DNA of 64,000 bases. It comes from Candidatus Aminicenantes bacterium (GTDB lineage Bacteria; Acidobacteriota; Aminicenantia; JAMOAD01). Each line of letters opens with the position of its first letter. Positions within the stretch are counted from its first letter, which is position 1. Below the pieces are notes generated by a model that saw only the letters and a list, made by a program, of their open reading frames with translations, was not told the origin of the DNA and made no database searches. Shown here one piece after another: positions 31,697 to 43,402 of this stretch. The stretch lies in the NCBI GenBank assembly GCA_027061995.1, contig JAMOUT010000057.1, positions 65,688 through 129,687 of the forward strand, given 5' to 3'. A program made the position numbers and the translations under genes.

Positions 31697-32167
31697 ATGA
31701 AAATAAAATCAAGAAGTTTCGGAGAACTTGAATTTAAAGAGGAGTCAATAGTCAATTTCCCCGAAGGGATAATAGGTTTTGAGAACCTTAAAAAATGGAT
31801 TCTGATTGAAAATCAATCCATGGAACCTTTTAAATGGATTCAATCCATAGAAGACGGGAATATCGCTCTTATGGTTATTGACCCCCATCTTATAAGAAGC
31901 AATTATAAGATGGCGATTCCATCAATTGAACATCAAAAGATAGGGTTGGAAAATTTGGAAAAAAGGGATGATTGGATAAGTTTTTGTGTTGTTGTTCCGA
32001 AAGAGGATATTAAAAATTCAATCGTTAATTTGAAAGCACCCATATTAATCAATTTGAAAGAAAAAACAGGTAAACAAATAATTCTGTTGAATGATGATTA
32101 TGATGTGGAGGAAAAGTTTTTTTCGGAAGAAACAGTTCGTATGAAGATGGAGCAGGAGAAAGGATAG
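31697..32167 (+). CDS. fliW: flagellar assembly factor FliW
   Basis: 156 aa; IVNFPEGIIGFENLKKWIL matches the FliW N-terminus; immediately upstream of csrA. Confidence 0.85.
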   Translation: MKIKSRSFGELEFKEESIVNFPEGIIGFENLKKWILIENQSMEPFKWIQSIEDGNIALMVIDPHLIRSNYKMAIPSIEHQKIGLENLEKRDDWISFCVVVPKEDIKNSIVNLKAPILINLKEKTGKQIILLNDDYDVEEKFFSEETVRMKMEQEKG

Positions 32168-32401
32168 GTGCTTGTTTTAACCAGAAAGAAAGGGCAATCC
32201 ATAATTATAGGTGATAATATAAAGATTAAAATAGTGTCAATAAACCCGTCAGGTGTTGAAATAGGGATTGAAGCACCGAGAGATATAAATATTGTCAGGG
32301 AGGAACTTCTTGAAAAAGTAAAATCATTGAATATGGAAGCGGCAAACCTGAAGATAGAAAAGGATTCCTTAAACAAACTAAAAAAAATACTTAAAAAATA
32401 G
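32168..32401 (+). CDS. csrA: carbon storage regulator CsrA (GTG start)
   Basis: 77 aa; MLVLTRKKGQSIIIGDNIKIKIV...IGIEAPRDINIVREE is canonical CsrA. Confidence 0.9.
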   Translation: MLVLTRKKGQSIIIGDNIKIKIVSINPSGVEIGIEAPRDINIVREELLEKVKSLNMEAANLKIEKDSLNKLKKILKK

Positions 32402-32409
32402 AATTAAAA

Positions 32410-33039
32410 CTATTTAATCGGTGAAAGGATAAAAATCATAATATCCCAAAATATGTGAGAAAGAATAACAAGTGACGGATTTTTTGTTTTCATATATAAA
32501 AATCCCCAAAATAATCCGCAAGTTAAAGCAGCGAGAATAAGAATAGGATTAAATGATATCAGATGAACGGCTGTGTATAATATAGCCGTTAATAATAATG
32601 CAAAATATTTCTTCATATGATTTTCCAAACTTTTTTGTATGAAACCTCTCCAAAATACCTCCTCACCGAAAGCTATGGGAAAAATGAGCAGAACAGAGAT
32701 TACAAGAGGTGATAGACCTGTTTTATTAGCGTATATATTATCAAGGAATATCCATCTGTCATTTAGAATATTAAATTTCAGATTAATCAGGATTAAAATT
32801 TTATTTCCGACAAAAAAGATAAAATAGAGAAATAAAGCGGATATAAAGGAATAGAGAATATTTGTATAACTGATTCGTATCTCATCAAATACCGATTTAT
32901 CAAAAAGAAAAACAATGAAGATTAAAAGAGAAACCGCAAGGCTCATAGAGAGCCAAAAATTGAAAGGTTTTAAACCGAAAACAATCCCCCATAATATAAA
33001 GGCAAAAAATAATGATATGTAAATTTTATTAATATTCAA
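32410..33039 (-). CDS. CPBP-family intramembrane metalloprotease (CAAX protease/Abi)
   Basis: 209 aa; EEVFWRGF, FxxxH (YTAVHLISFN) and HxxxD (HIFWDIMIF) motifs. Confidence 0.7.
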   Translation of the reverse strand: MNINKIYISLFFAFILWGIVFGLKPFNFWLSMSLAVSLLIFIVFLFDKSVFDEIRISYTNILYSFISALFLYFIFFVGNKILILINLKFNILNDRWIFLDNIYANKTGLSPLVISVLLIFPIAFGEEVFWRGFIQKSLENHMKKYFALLLTAILYTAVHLISFNPILILAALTCGLFWGFLYMKTKNPSLVILSHIFWDIMIFILSPIK

Positions 33040-33040
33040 A

Positions 33041-33955
33041 TTATTTTACATATAATTTGATTAATATTCCTACGATAAATAAGATACTGAAAACCATATG
33101 AAATTGGGAAGTGAAAGCATCGATCATTGCGAACTTTTTTTCCTCTGTTTTTTCTTTGTTTTTAACAAGGTTGATAAGTCTTAATGACACGGGAAGAGAA
33201 AAGAATATAATCAGAGTAAACCACGGGAGCTTATATAAAAGAACTAAAGTAATGACCGATAGATATGAAAGCATTATTAAGGAATAATACATTGTTTTTG
33301 CTTTGTTTAATCCCAAGTTTATTGCAACTGTTTTTATGTTTGCCGCTTTATCATTTTCCATATCCCTTATATTATTTCCGTGTAAAATTGCAACAACAAT
33401 AAAAGCAATAGGTAGAGCGTAAAGGACGGGTGTCCATGAGAATATATGAGTTTGAATAAAATACGCCCCGAGAACCATTGCGGGACCAAAAGCTATAAAA
33501 ACAGCGATATCTCCGAGGGCTTTGTATTTTAATGCTACAGGGCCTGCGGTATAAAAAAAACCGAGAAACCCTCCGGTGAGAATAATCATAAGAAAGGTTA
33601 TTTTATTCGGTAAAACAGCAAGAAAATACAAGCCGATTGCCATAGATAGAAGAAAAAGGATAATAGCTCCTTTTAATAGTGTTTTCGGAGTTAATATTTT
33701 CTCGACAAGCAGTCCGCTTGAACCATAGGTTCCCTCTCTGTCAACATTCTTTTTATAATCAAAATAATCATTGAACATATTTGATGCAGCGTGAATACTA
33801 ACCGAACCGATTAAAGCCATAATAAGATAAAGCCAATTAAAATTTATTTCGGGAAACTCCATAACAGCTATAATACTACCCAAAATAGGGGGGATAATAC
33901 TAACCGTAAACGCGAAAGGTCTTGTCGCTCTCCACCATATTTTAAGGTTCTTCAT
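33041..33955 (-). CDS. menA: UbiA-family prenyltransferase, MenA-like
   Basis: 304 aa; NDYFDYKKNVDRE matches the NDxxDxxxGxD motif of 1,4-dihydroxy-2-naphthoate polyprenyltransferase. Confidence 0.65.
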   Translation of the reverse strand: MKNLKIWWRATRPFAFTVSIIPPILGSIIAVMEFPEINFNWLYLIMALIGSVSIHAASNMFNDYFDYKKNVDREGTYGSSGLLVEKILTPKTLLKGAIILFLLSMAIGLYFLAVLPNKITFLMIILTGGFLGFFYTAGPVALKYKALGDIAVFIAFGPAMVLGAYFIQTHIFSWTPVLYALPIAFIVVAILHGNNIRDMENDKAANIKTVAINLGLNKAKTMYYSLIMLSYLSVITLVLLYKLPWFTLIIFFSLPVSLRLINLVKNKEKTEEKKFAMIDAFTSQFHMVFSILFIVGILIKLYVK

Positions 33956-34074
33956 AATAACACCTCCTTACAATAGAACTTTATTCTATTATAGTATCAT
34001 TTAATAGTCAATATTTTAGGGAGAAGGATGAAATCCTTGAAAGATAGATGAATATATTTTATAATAAATAAATC

Positions 34075-36648
34075 ATGATAAAAAGTTTAAACCTTGATCA
34101 AATCCCGATTATTTCAAAAACAATAATTGATATTTTTAAATATGAAAGAAAAAATCAGATAGAATTTTCTCAAACATTATCGGAGATTATTGCTAAAGAT
34201 CCAGGATTGTCATCTAAAATATTAAAATTTGCCAATTCCCCTTATTATGGGTTTATGGGGAAAATATCCACCGTTAGACATGCTATTAATCTCTTGGGAG
34301 TTGAAACAGTAAAAAACATAGTATTAAGGTCATCAATAACCGATATTTTTCTGAAACTTAAAAATGATAAAATATTAAAAAATATTTATACATATTTTCT
34401 GAAAAGGGGTTTAATTGCCGGTGTTGTTAGTAAAATATTGTGTGAAACACTTGGCTTGGGAACTCCGGAGAGTTTTTTGTTGAGAGGAACTTTACTTAAA
34501 ATCGGTAATATAGCTTTGATAATGAATTTTGAAGAAAAATATGATTTTGTTGTGGAAAAATTGTATGACAATGATTTATTAGACGAGGAAAGGAGAAGAT
34601 TCGGGACTGATTCTGTTGAAGTTGGTAAATACCTTGTTGAACAATGGAATTTCCCTTATGAATTCTATCAGTCAATTGACAACCACATTGAGATTAAAAA
34701 CAATGATTATATTTCAAAAGTTGCTTATATCTCAAATCTGTTTTCCGAATTATTGTTATTGAAGGATGAAACAAAAAGGGACCTATTGATGGATAGATTT
34801 AAAGTTAAATTAAAAGAGATATTTAATTTAAGCTTTTCGGATATAGATGTATTTAAAGGGGAGTTAGAGCTTGAAATAAAATTGTTTATAGAAGGTGCCC
34901 CCGAATTTAGTGATAATTGTAAAGAGGTGTTGGAGCTTTTCGATAATATACAGAAAAAACTTGTGGAAGAGATTAATGACCTCGAAGAGATTAATAAAAA
35001 ACTAAATAAATTGAAGAATCAAATTGCCTTGGAAAAAAAATACCTTAAACTAAATCTTAGATTCGCAAAAAGCTTATCATGGATTAGTGAACCTCAATAT
35101 CTTATAAACAAAATATTACATCAGATAAATTATTTAACTCAAAAAGCCGAAGCAAAATTTATATTTTGGGATATTAACTCAAAGCAATTTTATGCTTATA
35201 AATTAAATGATTCAAAAAATAATGTTTACATATATGATTTAAAAAAAGCTCCGCTTTATGAGAGAAGTTATAAATTAAGAGAGATTCAAATTAAAAATTT
35301 TGATGATAGTATATTGGTTGTTATCCCTGTCTTTTATGAAACAACATCCTATGGTATTATCCCGATTTTATTTGAAAATAAAAAAGATTATTCATCGGAA
35401 TTGATAAGTGCTATTGAGACAGCTGCAAATATTGTGGCTAATGCTTTTAATAATTATTATTCAAATGAGAGGGTAAAAAAAGAGATAATAAAAAAATATG
35501 TAATGTTTGATGAAATTAAAAACGGGATGTTTAATAATCAGAGGATGAAAGAGATAATAAAAGAACTGCAATTGTATAATATTCACAAATATATATTAAG
35601 AAGTATTATACATAAATTAAATAATAAATTAACACCGGTGATAGGGTATGCTCAGATGATTGAGGGAAAATCCGCAGATGAAAAGATGAATGAGAGAGTT
35701 TCGATAATAAGGAAAAATTCGGATGAAGTGGTTCAAATCTTAAATCGTTTATTTGAGCAATTCTCAGCTCCTGTTCTTCAAAAAGAGATTATTAATCTGA
35801 ATATGTTGATTAAAGAGAAGATACAATTGATAGATTATAAGATAAAAGAGGAGGGGATTAAAGTTGAATTTGAACTTGAAAACGGATTGCCGGATATATA
35901 TTTTTCAAGGGTTCAACTTGGAGATGTAATAATGAATCTGATTGTGAATTCAATTGAAGCTGTGGAACGGACAGATAAAGCTGAGAAAAGACTAAAGGTG
36001 AAAACCTATTATGATTCCCTGAATTTTTATATTGAGGTTAGTGATAATGGGGTAGGGATAGATGAAAAGATACAGGAAAAAATATTCGAACCGTTTTTTA
36101 CAACTTATGATAATAAAAACGGATTAGGGTTAAATTTTGTTCATGGTTTTGTTAATGCAAATCAGGGTTCAATAGATATAAAAAGTAAAGTTGGGGTCGG
36201 AACAACAATAACAATATCTTTTTATGCGAAAACCATTAAACAACCTAAGAAAGAAAAAATAGATAAGGGTAATTTTAAAATATTGATTGTGGATGATGAA
36301 GAGAGTTTGGTTGAATTACTTACCGAATTTTTGAATTATGAGGGATTAAACAATATAAGCACGGCAAAAGACGGAGAGAAAGCTATTAATTTGATTAAAA
36401 AGAATCAATATAATCTTATTATTACCGATATAAGGATGCCGAAAGTATCAGGAATAGAGCTTTACAGGTGGTTGAAGAGTGAGAAAAAAGATGTTGATGT
36501 GATTTTTATAACAGCTGAGATTTCTTCGGAAGAATTGAATAAAATTATTAATAATGATAAAATCCCGATATTACAAAAACCTTTCTCCTTAATGGAATTT
36601 ACAGGGTTGATTTATGAATTTATAAGTAAGAAATATATGGAGGTATAA
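34075..36648 (+). CDS. hybrid sensor histidine kinase: HDOD domain, coiled coil, HisKA/HATPase and a C-terminal receiver
   Basis: 857 aa. HDOD-like N-terminus ([16 protein letters not shown]...[18 protein letters not shown]); H-box [19 protein letters not shown]; N/G boxes ([38 protein letters not shown]); REC (KILIVDDEE...ITDIRMP...FITAE...QKPF). Confidence 0.75.
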   Translation: MIKSLNLDQIPIISKTIIDIFKYERKNQIEFSQTLSEIIAKDPGLSSKILKFANSPYYGFMGKISTVRHAINLLGVETVKNIVLRSSITDIFLKLKNDKILKNIYTYFLKRGLIAGVVSKILCETLGLGTPESFLLRGTLLKIGNIALIMNFEEKYDFVVEKLYDNDLLDEERRRFGTDSVEVGKYLVEQWNFPYEFYQSIDNHIEIKNNDYISKVAYISNLFSELLLLKDETKRDLLMDRFKVKLKEIFNLSFSDIDVFKGELELEIKLFIEGAPEFSDNCKEVLELFDNIQKKLVEEINDLEEINKKLNKLKNQIALEKKYLKLNLRFAKSLSWISEPQYLINKILHQINYLTQKAEAKFIFWDINSKQFYAYKLNDSKNNVYIYDLKKAPLYERSYKLREIQIKNFDDSILVVIPVFYETTSYGIIPILFENKKDYSSELISAIETAANIVANAFNNYYSNERVKKEIIKKYVMFDEIKNGMFNNQRMKEIIKELQLYNIHKYILRSIIHKLNNKLTPVIGYAQMIEGKSADEKMNERVSIIRKNSDEVVQILNRLFEQFSAPVLQKEIINLNMLIKEKIQLIDYKIKEEGIKVEFELENGLPDIYFSRVQLGDVIMNLIVNSIEAVERTDKAEKRLKVKTYYDSLNFYIEVSDNGVGIDEKIQEKIFEPFFTTYDNKNGLGLNFVHGFVNANQGSIDIKSKVGVGTTITISFYAKTIKQPKKEKIDKGNFKILIVDDEESLVELLTEFLNYEGLNNISTAKDGEKAINLIKKNQYNLIITDIRMPKVSGIELYRWLKSEKKDVDVIFITAEISSEELNKIINNDKIPILQKPFSLMEFTGLIYEFISKKYMEV

Positions 36649-36649
36649 T

Positions 36650-39409
36650 ATGAAAAAATATGTTTATCTTTTTGGTAATGGAAAGGCTGAAGGAAACAGT
36701 TCGATGAAAAATTTACTTGGAGGAAAAGGAGCGAATCTTGCCGAGATGGCGAATCTCGGAATTCCTGTTCCCCCGGGTTTTACTATTTCTACGGAAGTAT
36801 GCACCTACTATTATAAGAACAAAACTTATCCGGAAGGGTTAAAGGATGAAGTTCTTAATGCTTTGAAAAATGTTGAAAAAATGGTGGAGAAAAAGTTTGG
36901 TGATGAGAAAAACCCTCTTCTTGTATCTGTCAGATCGGGAGCGAGAGTTTCTATGCCCGGGATGATGGATACTGTTTTAAATCTCGGGATTAATGACACA
37001 ACTGTTAATGGTTTGGCTGCCCTTACAAATAATGAAAGATTTGCGTGGGATAGTTATAGAAGATTTATACAGATGTTCGGTAATGTTGTCATGGGGATTG
37101 ATTCCTCGAAATTCGAACATATTTTATCGGGGTTAAAAAAGGAAAAGGGGGTGGAATATGATACTGAACTTGATGCTGATGATTTGAAGAAATTAGTCGA
37201 TTTATATAAAGAGTTTGTCCGAAAAGAAAAAGGGGAAGATTTTCCTCAGGATCCTTATAAACAGATGTGGATGGCGATTGATGCGGTTTTTAAATCTTGG
37301 GATAATGAAAGAGCTATTGCCTATAGGAGGATGCATCAAATATCCGATGATTGGGGAACAGCTGTTAATGTTGTGGCTATGGTTTACGGTAATATGGGCG
37401 ATAATAGTGGGACCGGTGTTGCATTTACAAGGGATCCTGCAACAGGGGAGAAAAAATTCTTCGGAGAGTTTTTGATTAATGCTCAGGGAGAAGATGTTGT
37501 TGCCGGAATTAGAACCCCTCAAGCCATTACTCTTAAAGATTCTCGAAAATGGGCGAAGGAACACAATATTTCCGAAGAGGAAAGGAGAACAAAATATCCC
37601 TCTCTTGAAGAATATATGCCTGAAGTTTATAAACAGCTTGTTGAAATATATCAAAAACTTGAAAAACATTATAGGGATATGCAGGATCTTGAGTTTACAA
37701 TTGAACGGGGAAAATTATGGATGCTTCAAACAAGAACAGGTAAAAGAACAGGTTTTGCAGCTGTTAATATTGCAATAGATATGGTGGATGAAGGTTTGAT
37801 TACAGAGAAAGAGGCTTTATTAAGAATAGAGGGTGAACATCTTACTCAATTGATGAACCCGATATTCGACCCCGAAGATGTTAAAAAAGCGAAAGGGGAA
37901 GGAAGAATTGTTGCGAAGGGATTACCGGCGGGCCCGGGAGCTGCGACCGGTAAAATAGTGTTTTATGCAGAAGATGCGGAAGCATGGGCGGAAAAAGGGG
38001 AAAAAGTCATTTTAGTCAGAGATGAAACTTCTCCCGAGGATATTAAAGGGATGGATTCCGCCGAAGGTATTTTGACCGCTCGAGGTGGTATGACATCTCA
38101 TGCTGCCGTTGTTGCGAGAGGAATGGGCAAAACATGTGTTGTTGGCTGCGGTGCCCTTGATATAGATTATGATAAAAAGGAGATGAAAGTTAGCGGTAAA
38201 GTATTAAAAGAGGGAGATTGGATTTCCATAGATGGTAATACGGGCGAAGTTATTCAGGGAAAAGTTAAGGTAAAACCTTCCGAAGTTGTTCAAGTAATGA
38301 TTGAGAAAACTCTTGATCCCGAGAATGCTCCGGTTTACAAAAAATTTGAAAAACTTATGAAATGGGCAGATAAATATAGGAAGTTAGGTGTCAGAACAAA
38401 TGCGGATACTCCTAAGGATAGCGGAGTAGCAAGAAAATTCGGAGCGGAAGGAATAGGGTTGTGTAGAACGGAGCATATGTTTTTTGAGGGGGAAAGAATA
38501 CAAGCGGTCAGAGAGATGATTCTCGCTGAAAATCTTGAAAATAGAAAAAAAGCTTTAGAAAAGATTTTACCGATGCAAAAGGAGGATTTTATCGGCATAT
38601 TTAAAGCGATGGCGGGATTTCCGGTAACAATAAGACTTCTTGATCCCCCGCTTCACGAGTTTTTACCTCATGAAGAGGAAGATATAAAAGAACTCTCAAA
38701 TGAGATGGGCGTTGATTTTGAGACCTTAAAATCAAAAGTGGAATCCCTTAAAGAGATGAATCCTATGTTGGGTCATCGAGGTTGTAGGCTTGGAATATCT
38801 TATCCGGAGATTACGGAGATGCAGACAAGAGCGATTATTGAAGCTGCTCTTGAAGTTAAAAAACAGGGGATTGAGGTGAAACCCGAAATAATGATTCCTC
38901 TCGTAGGACATTATAAGGAGTTTGAATTACAGAAGGATATAGTTGATAGAACTGCAAAAGAGGTGATGGAAGAGAGAGGAGAAACAATAGATTATCTTGT
39001 GGGAACAATGATAGAACTTCCGAGGGCAGCCTTAACAGCCGATGAAATAGCACAAAATGCTGAATTTTTCTCTTTCGGAACAAATGATTTGACTCAAACA
39101 ACTTTCGGATTGTCCAGAGATGATGCCGGAAAATTTTTACCCGAATATATTGAAAAAGGGATATATAGTGTGGATCCTTTTGTTGCAATTGATCAAAAGG
39201 GGTTGGGTGAGTTGATGAAAATCGGGGTTGAAAAAGGCAGAAGCACAAGAAAAGATATTAAAATCGGAATCTGTGGCGAACACGGTGGTGAGCCATCTTC
39301 AGTTAAATTTTGCCATAGAATTGGATTTAACTATGTTAGTTGTTCCCCTTACAGGGTCCCTATCGCAAGATTATCCGCAGCTCAGGCAGTTATTGAAGAG
39401 GAAAATTAA
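36650..39409 (+). CDS. ppdK: pyruvate, phosphate dikinase
   Basis: 919 aa; N-terminal [10 protein letters not shown]; phospho-His domain [13 protein letters not shown]; PEP-utilizing TIM barrel; CGE C-terminal motif region. Confidence 0.95.
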   Translation: MKKYVYLFGNGKAEGNSSMKNLLGGKGANLAEMANLGIPVPPGFTISTEVCTYYYKNKTYPEGLKDEVLNALKNVEKMVEKKFGDEKNPLLVSVRSGARVSMPGMMDTVLNLGINDTTVNGLAALTNNERFAWDSYRRFIQMFGNVVMGIDSSKFEHILSGLKKEKGVEYDTELDADDLKKLVDLYKEFVRKEKGEDFPQDPYKQMWMAIDAVFKSWDNERAIAYRRMHQISDDWGTAVNVVAMVYGNMGDNSGTGVAFTRDPATGEKKFFGEFLINAQGEDVVAGIRTPQAITLKDSRKWAKEHNISEEERRTKYPSLEEYMPEVYKQLVEIYQKLEKHYRDMQDLEFTIERGKLWMLQTRTGKRTGFAAVNIAIDMVDEGLITEKEALLRIEGEHLTQLMNPIFDPEDVKKAKGEGRIVAKGLPAGPGAATGKIVFYAEDAEAWAEKGEKVILVRDETSPEDIKGMDSAEGILTARGGMTSHAAVVARGMGKTCVVGCGALDIDYDKKEMKVSGKVLKEGDWISIDGNTGEVIQGKVKVKPSEVVQVMIEKTLDPENAPVYKKFEKLMKWADKYRKLGVRTNADTPKDSGVARKFGAEGIGLCRTEHMFFEGERIQAVREMILAENLENRKKALEKILPMQKEDFIGIFKAMAGFPVTIRLLDPPLHEFLPHEEEDIKELSNEMGVDFETLKSKVESLKEMNPMLGHRGCRLGISYPEITEMQTRAIIEAALEVKKQGIEVKPEIMIPLVGHYKEFELQKDIVDRTAKEVMEERGETIDYLVGTMIELPRAALTADEIAQNAEFFSFGTNDLTQTTFGLSRDDAGKFLPEYIEKGIYSVDPFVAIDQKGLGELMKIGVEKGRSTRKDIKIGICGEHGGEPSSVKFCHRIGFNYVSCSPYRVPIARLSAAQAVIEEEN

Positions 39410-39427
39410 TAAATTGATAAAAAAAAA

Positions 39428-39457
39428 GGGAGAATTTAAAAAATTCTCCCTTTTTTT
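39428..39457. terminator. bidirectional Rho-independent terminator
   Basis: Perfect 10-bp inverted repeat GGGAGAATTT / AAATTCTCCC flanked by an A-run and a T7 run. Lies between convergent ppdK (+) and the OMP gene (-). Confidence 0.8.
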
Positions 39458-39474
39458 ATTTAAACTTATTGTCA

Positions 39475-40227
39475 TCAGAAAGTATAAGCTATACCTCCTT
39501 TAACCATAAAACCATTCCAAATACCACCATCGACAAAAACAGAACCATTCTGAATTATTTCAACTCTGATTCCGAAATTTATTATTAAAACCGGGAGGTA
39601 TGATATTTTTATATCCTCAATCTCGGTTAAATCCTCTGATTCGTTTATTGTATAGCTACCCTTTTTTTTATTATGCGAGTAGTAAGCACCAATAGCATTA
39701 TAATTCAAATTTCCTTTAAGGGGTGAGATACCTCCGCCGAATGATATATACGGGTGGATTTTTCCTTCAACCAAAAGATCCCATTTTAAATCAACCACAA
39801 AGGCGGAATAATTTATAATTAAATTTCCCTCTGCATTTGATGATATGTAATCACCCGATACAAAATTCTGTCTGACATGTCCTGATATAATTATTTTGGA
39901 ATCTATGCGAAAGTAGGAAAAACCGAGAGAAAAACTCCCTTTTTCACCACCCGGATAAATTCTTATCTGGAAATTAACTCCACCCCCAGAGGAATCAAAG
40001 TTTACATCCTGGGAGTAATCTCCCAGGGTTTGTGCGGGGTAATCATTTTTAATATTGTCTTGCAAATTATCTTTAAGCAAATCATTTAATTTATCCTCTA
40101 TTGTGTTTTTTAAAAGATTCAATGACCAATTACCATAACCTACGGATATGTAATATTTTGGATTTGAAAAACCAAATGATATGATTAAAATCATGTAAAA
40201 AAACATAAAAATCATTTTTTTTATCAT
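39475..40227 (-). CDS. small outer-membrane beta-barrel protein
   Basis: 250 aa; signal peptide; beta-strand periodicity; C-terminal GGIAYTF. Its ATG overlaps the maf stop (ATGA). Confidence 0.55.
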   Translation of the reverse strand: MIKKMIFMFFYMILIISFGFSNPKYYISVGYGNWSLNLLKNTIEDKLNDLLKDNLQDNIKNDYPAQTLGDYSQDVNFDSSGGGVNFQIRIYPGGEKGSFSLGFSYFRIDSKIIISGHVRQNFVSGDYISSNAEGNLIINYSAFVVDLKWDLLVEGKIHPYISFGGGISPLKGNLNYNAIGAYYSHNKKKGSYTINESEDLTEIEDIKISYLPVLIINFGIRVEIIQNGSVFVDGGIWNGFMVKGGIAYTF

Positions 40228-42014
40228 TTTTTACCCTCCTTTTTTATTTTTATATTATACAATGATGAATTAAAATCATCTATTATCTCTTTGATTAATG
40301 ACAGCATCTTAGTATAATAGGTTATATAACTTGTCTTAAAATTATTGAAATTACCATCTTTTTTATATTTGTTCTGGTCCTTTAAAAACTGATATATCGG
40401 CTCTTGGGTATAATTTTCGATTATTTCCGCTGTTTCCGGGTTGGAATAGATATAATTGTATCCTTTTGATAAATCATCAATGGACAGGTTGTCCTTTTTA
40501 AGAAGTTTTAAATTTTCTTCTATATTCAAAAGGATGTTTTTGAAATTTTTTATATATATTTTAAGAAATCGCTTGATTTTTTTCCATTTATCTTTTGTAA
40601 TGCTATTTGAATGAATTTTACCTATCTCTTTGAAAAACTCCCTTTTGCTTGCTTTAAGTTTAAGAACTTCAAACCATGATTGTGAATTATATATTGAGTC
40701 AAAAAAACCACCCTCTGTAATATTGATATATTTTTCATCCTTTTTAAGGATGGAACTTATATATTCTTTGTATTTCTCAAGTTTATAATTTGTTAATATA
40801 TATCTTCCGAATATATCCCGAACGGTTTTATTCTCTTTTGTATTTATTATCGAGTGTCTTTTGGCTGAAATATAAGTTTGATTATTCCTTTTATAAATCC
40901 AATCATTATCATATATTGTTTCCCTCGTATATTTCAGATTATACGGGAAGGAAAGGTCCTGACCGATGAATAGGATAGGGGAGGCTCCCATAAAATGGGC
41001 AACTTCAAGCGCAAGGGATGCAACAGTTCCCCAAGTGTTAAGGTGTGATATCTCGCCTATGAAATTTTCAAGTAATTCAAGAAGGGGTTTGTCAAAGATA
41101 GTAAGGAAAACTTTATCTTTAAATTCATCAAAAACTCTCGAATCAACCGATGGTTCTGTTATCAGATATGTTTTTTTTGTTTTAATGTTTTTAAGGTGAA
41201 GATAATTAAAATAGGAGGGATCTCCCGCAACAACAAAATGGGGTTCAATATTTAAACTTAGCAATGGTTTTAATGCGGTATCAGTGGAGATTATTATCCC
41301 TCTTTTTTCCATATCTTTTAAATAGAGTATGTTTTTATCAAGAGAGGGGCCTGCCGAAACTATTATAGCGGGAACATCGCTGAAAAGATTTCTTAATCTG
41401 TTTATCGGGGGTGATTTTGTAATGATTTCAAGATTATTTAAAATATTTTTTTGAACTCTTCTGCCATCCTTCATCCTTGTAACAAAATCATAAACCAATT
41501 GAAGAGCGGTATTATTTATCTTCTCCAAGATAGTATCTATCTCTGTTTTTAAGAGATTATTAATTATGGGATGAATTATATAATCTATCTTATCAAGTTT
41601 GACAATATCAATCCCCTCTTGTATCTTTTGTTCAAAATCATTCTTTTGCGGTATTATCATTGTGAAAAAATCAAAATGATTGATATATTCGTCCATATTA
41701 AGATTTTTTACCGCAAATGATAGAAGTTCGGGGTAGGGTTCTATGTAAAACACCCTCTTCCCCTTATCTATTTTATTTAATACTTCTTTTAAAAAATAGG
41801 GGCTTCCTCCACCTATGATAACAATGTGGTCCTCTTTAATCGATATGTTTTCAGCCTGTCTTTCCCCCTCTTTAACAGGGTTATATTTAGAAAACAGGTA
41901 GGTGGGATTTCCGTTTCTTTCTATTATGAGAATGGGGTTATTGTCTTTTGCTTTTGCTTCGAAAAATCGGAGTATATTATTCGGAGGGGTATTATCCGGC
42001 TCCATCTGATTCAT
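40224..42014 (-). CDS. maf: motility accessory factor Maf (DUF115/MptE-like); putative flagellin glycosyltransferase
   Basis: 596 aa; central VPAIIVSAGPSLDKNILYLKDMEKRGIIISTDTALKPLLSLNIEPHFVVAGDP fits the DUF115 core found in Campylobacter/Clostridium Maf proteins. Lies 0.6 kb from fliT. Confidence 0.65.
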   Translation of the reverse strand: MNQMEPDNTPPNNILRFFEAKAKDNNPILIIERNGNPTYLFSKYNPVKEGERQAENISIKEDHIVIIGGGSPYFLKEVLNKIDKGKRVFYIEPYPELLSFAVKNLNMDEYINHFDFFTMIIPQKNDFEQKIQEGIDIVKLDKIDYIIHPIINNLLKTEIDTILEKINNTALQLVYDFVTRMKDGRRVQKNILNNLEIITKSPPINRLRNLFSDVPAIIVSAGPSLDKNILYLKDMEKRGIIISTDTALKPLLSLNIEPHFVVAGDPSYFNYLHLKNIKTKKTYLITEPSVDSRVFDEFKDKVFLTIFDKPLLELLENFIGEISHLNTWGTVASLALEVAHFMGASPILFIGQDLSFPYNLKYTRETIYDNDWIYKRNNQTYISAKRHSIINTKENKTVRDIFGRYILTNYKLEKYKEYISSILKKDEKYINITEGGFFDSIYNSQSWFEVLKLKASKREFFKEIGKIHSNSITKDKWKKIKRFLKIYIKNFKNILLNIEENLKLLKKDNLSIDDLSKGYNYIYSNPETAEIIENYTQEPIYQFLKDQNKYKKDGNFNNFKTSYITYYTKMLSLIKEIIDDFNSSLYNIKIKKEGKK

Positions 42015-42018
42015 ACTA

Positions 42019-42438
42019 TCACTCTCCTATAATTTGTATTAATATCTCTCTGTCTCTGTCTCTCTCATCAAAGTTTAATACGATTATCTGTTGCCAGGTT
42101 CCGAGAAAAAGTTTACCGTTAACAAAAGGGATGGATAATGATGTCTTCTGGAGAGAAGAGCGAAGGTGGGAAAATCCATTATAATCTCCCCATGTTTTTG
42201 TATGATGGTAAGGTTTGTCTGAAGGGGCGATTTTTTCCATTAATTCTTCATAATCTTTCATTAGATTGGGTTCATATTCTATGGTTGTGATTCCTCCTGT
42301 TGAACCTTTGATACTGATTATTACGATTCCTGCGGAAAAATTTTCTTCCATGATAAAATTTTGAACCTCGGAAGTTATATCGACACTTCCGATTTTAGCC
42401 TTTAAAAAACTTGATAATAATCTGCTTTTTACCCTCAT
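42019..42438 (-). CDS. yjbQ: YjbQ/UPF0047 family protein (secondary thiamine-phosphate synthase-like)
   Basis: 139 aa; ITSEV...GIVIISIKGSTGGITTIEYEP...HLRSSL...GTWQ.I.L.EFD pattern of UPF0047. Confidence 0.75.
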   Translation of the reverse strand: MRVKSRLLSSFLKAKIGSVDITSEVQNFIMEENFSAGIVIISIKGSTGGITTIEYEPNLMKDYEELMEKIAPSDKPYHHTKTWGDYNGFSHLRSSLQKTSLSIPFVNGKLFLGTWQQIIVLNFDERDRDREILIQIIGE

Positions 42439-42615
42439 AAAATAATATATTTTAAAATATGATTTTAGTCAATAGTGAAGGGATTAAATAATAAAATTAA
42501 TAGCATGAACTGTGGTAATAAAGGAATAAAAAATCTATTAATAATTATAAGTGTAAAAACAAGAAAATCCTGCGAATTTATAATAAAAGATACTATCTGT
42601 TGTCCTTAATAATAA

Positions 42616-42951
42616 TTATTTATTTTCGTCTATGAAATAGGACGGTTGATCGGTTTTAGTAAATAGATTATTAAGATTTGAGCTTGTATTTTGAAGAAAA
42701 CCTATTTTTTTTTGAATATTTGTGATTTTATCATTTAGGAACTCTCTCAATTCCATAATTTTATTTACCATGTTTTGTAATAACACTTTTTCTTCATCAG
42801 ATTTAATCTGTCTTAACAATAATCTTTTAATTAATTTATCATTATCTTTTATAATTTTATCTACTAATTTCCAATTTCCCTCTAAAATTGCTTTTCTTTC
42901 TTCTTCTATATTATTAGTAAGTTTTGCTATGGTGTCTTCGATATTATCCAT
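42616..42951 (-). CDS. fliT: FliT-like flagellar chaperone
   Basis: About 111-aa helical protein immediately downstream of fliS (hag-flaG-fliD-fliS-fliT order as in Bacillus). Internal Met start gives an 8-nt overlap with the fliS stop. Confidence 0.5.
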   Translation of the reverse strand: MDNIEDTIAKLTNNIEEERKAILEGNWKLVDKIIKDNDKLIKRLLLRQIKSDEEKVLLQNMVNKIMELREFLNDKITNIQKKIGFLQNTSSNLNNLFTKTDQPSYFIDENK

Positions 42952-43393
42952 ATATCTCAACTCTTTTTTCACGAAGATTATCACTGAAATTTATCTCGTT
43001 TTGATCTGAATTTTTTAGGTATTCCCCCTTTTTCTTTTTTATCATCTCATTCCATGCACTCAATAACTCTTTGAATATATTTTCCACCGAAATAATTTTT
43101 GTTATATCGTTTGAAAAATTTGAATCCGTTAATTCCTTGATGGAAAACAGATATAAATTATTAAGATTCTTTGATATGACTCCACCTTTATCATAATCAA
43201 GAATTGAACGGAGGTAAGAGATAACATCTATGGCTTTATTTATCCAATTAATTTTTTCCGACGGATTATTTTGTTCAATACTTTTCTTTATCTTCTCGAG
43301 ATAATCAAGAAGTCCTCTGTAAATAAAGGAGATTAACTCATCATTGTTAAGGCTTAAAATCTCATTTTCAACATAATTTGTTTCAAAAGCCAT
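42944..43393 (-). CDS. fliS: flagellin-specific chaperone FliS
   Basis: 149 aa; SILDYDKGGVISKNLNNLYLF matches the FliS core (GG.IA.NL..LY). Confidence 0.8.
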   Translation of the reverse strand: MAFETNYVENEILSLNNDELISFIYRGLLDYLEKIKKSIEQNNPSEKINWINKAIDVISYLRSILDYDKGGVISKNLNNLYLFSIKELTDSNFSNDITKIISVENIFKELLSAWNEMIKKKKGEYLKNSDQNEINFSDNLREKRVEIYG

Positions 43394-43402
43394 TTTATTC
43401 TC

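Noticed and set aside
32402-32409. Terminator between csrA (+) and the CPBP protease gene (-)
   Set aside because: There are only 8 nt between the convergent stop codons and no inverted repeat. Termination, if any, must occur inside the opposite gene, and no feature can be supported.
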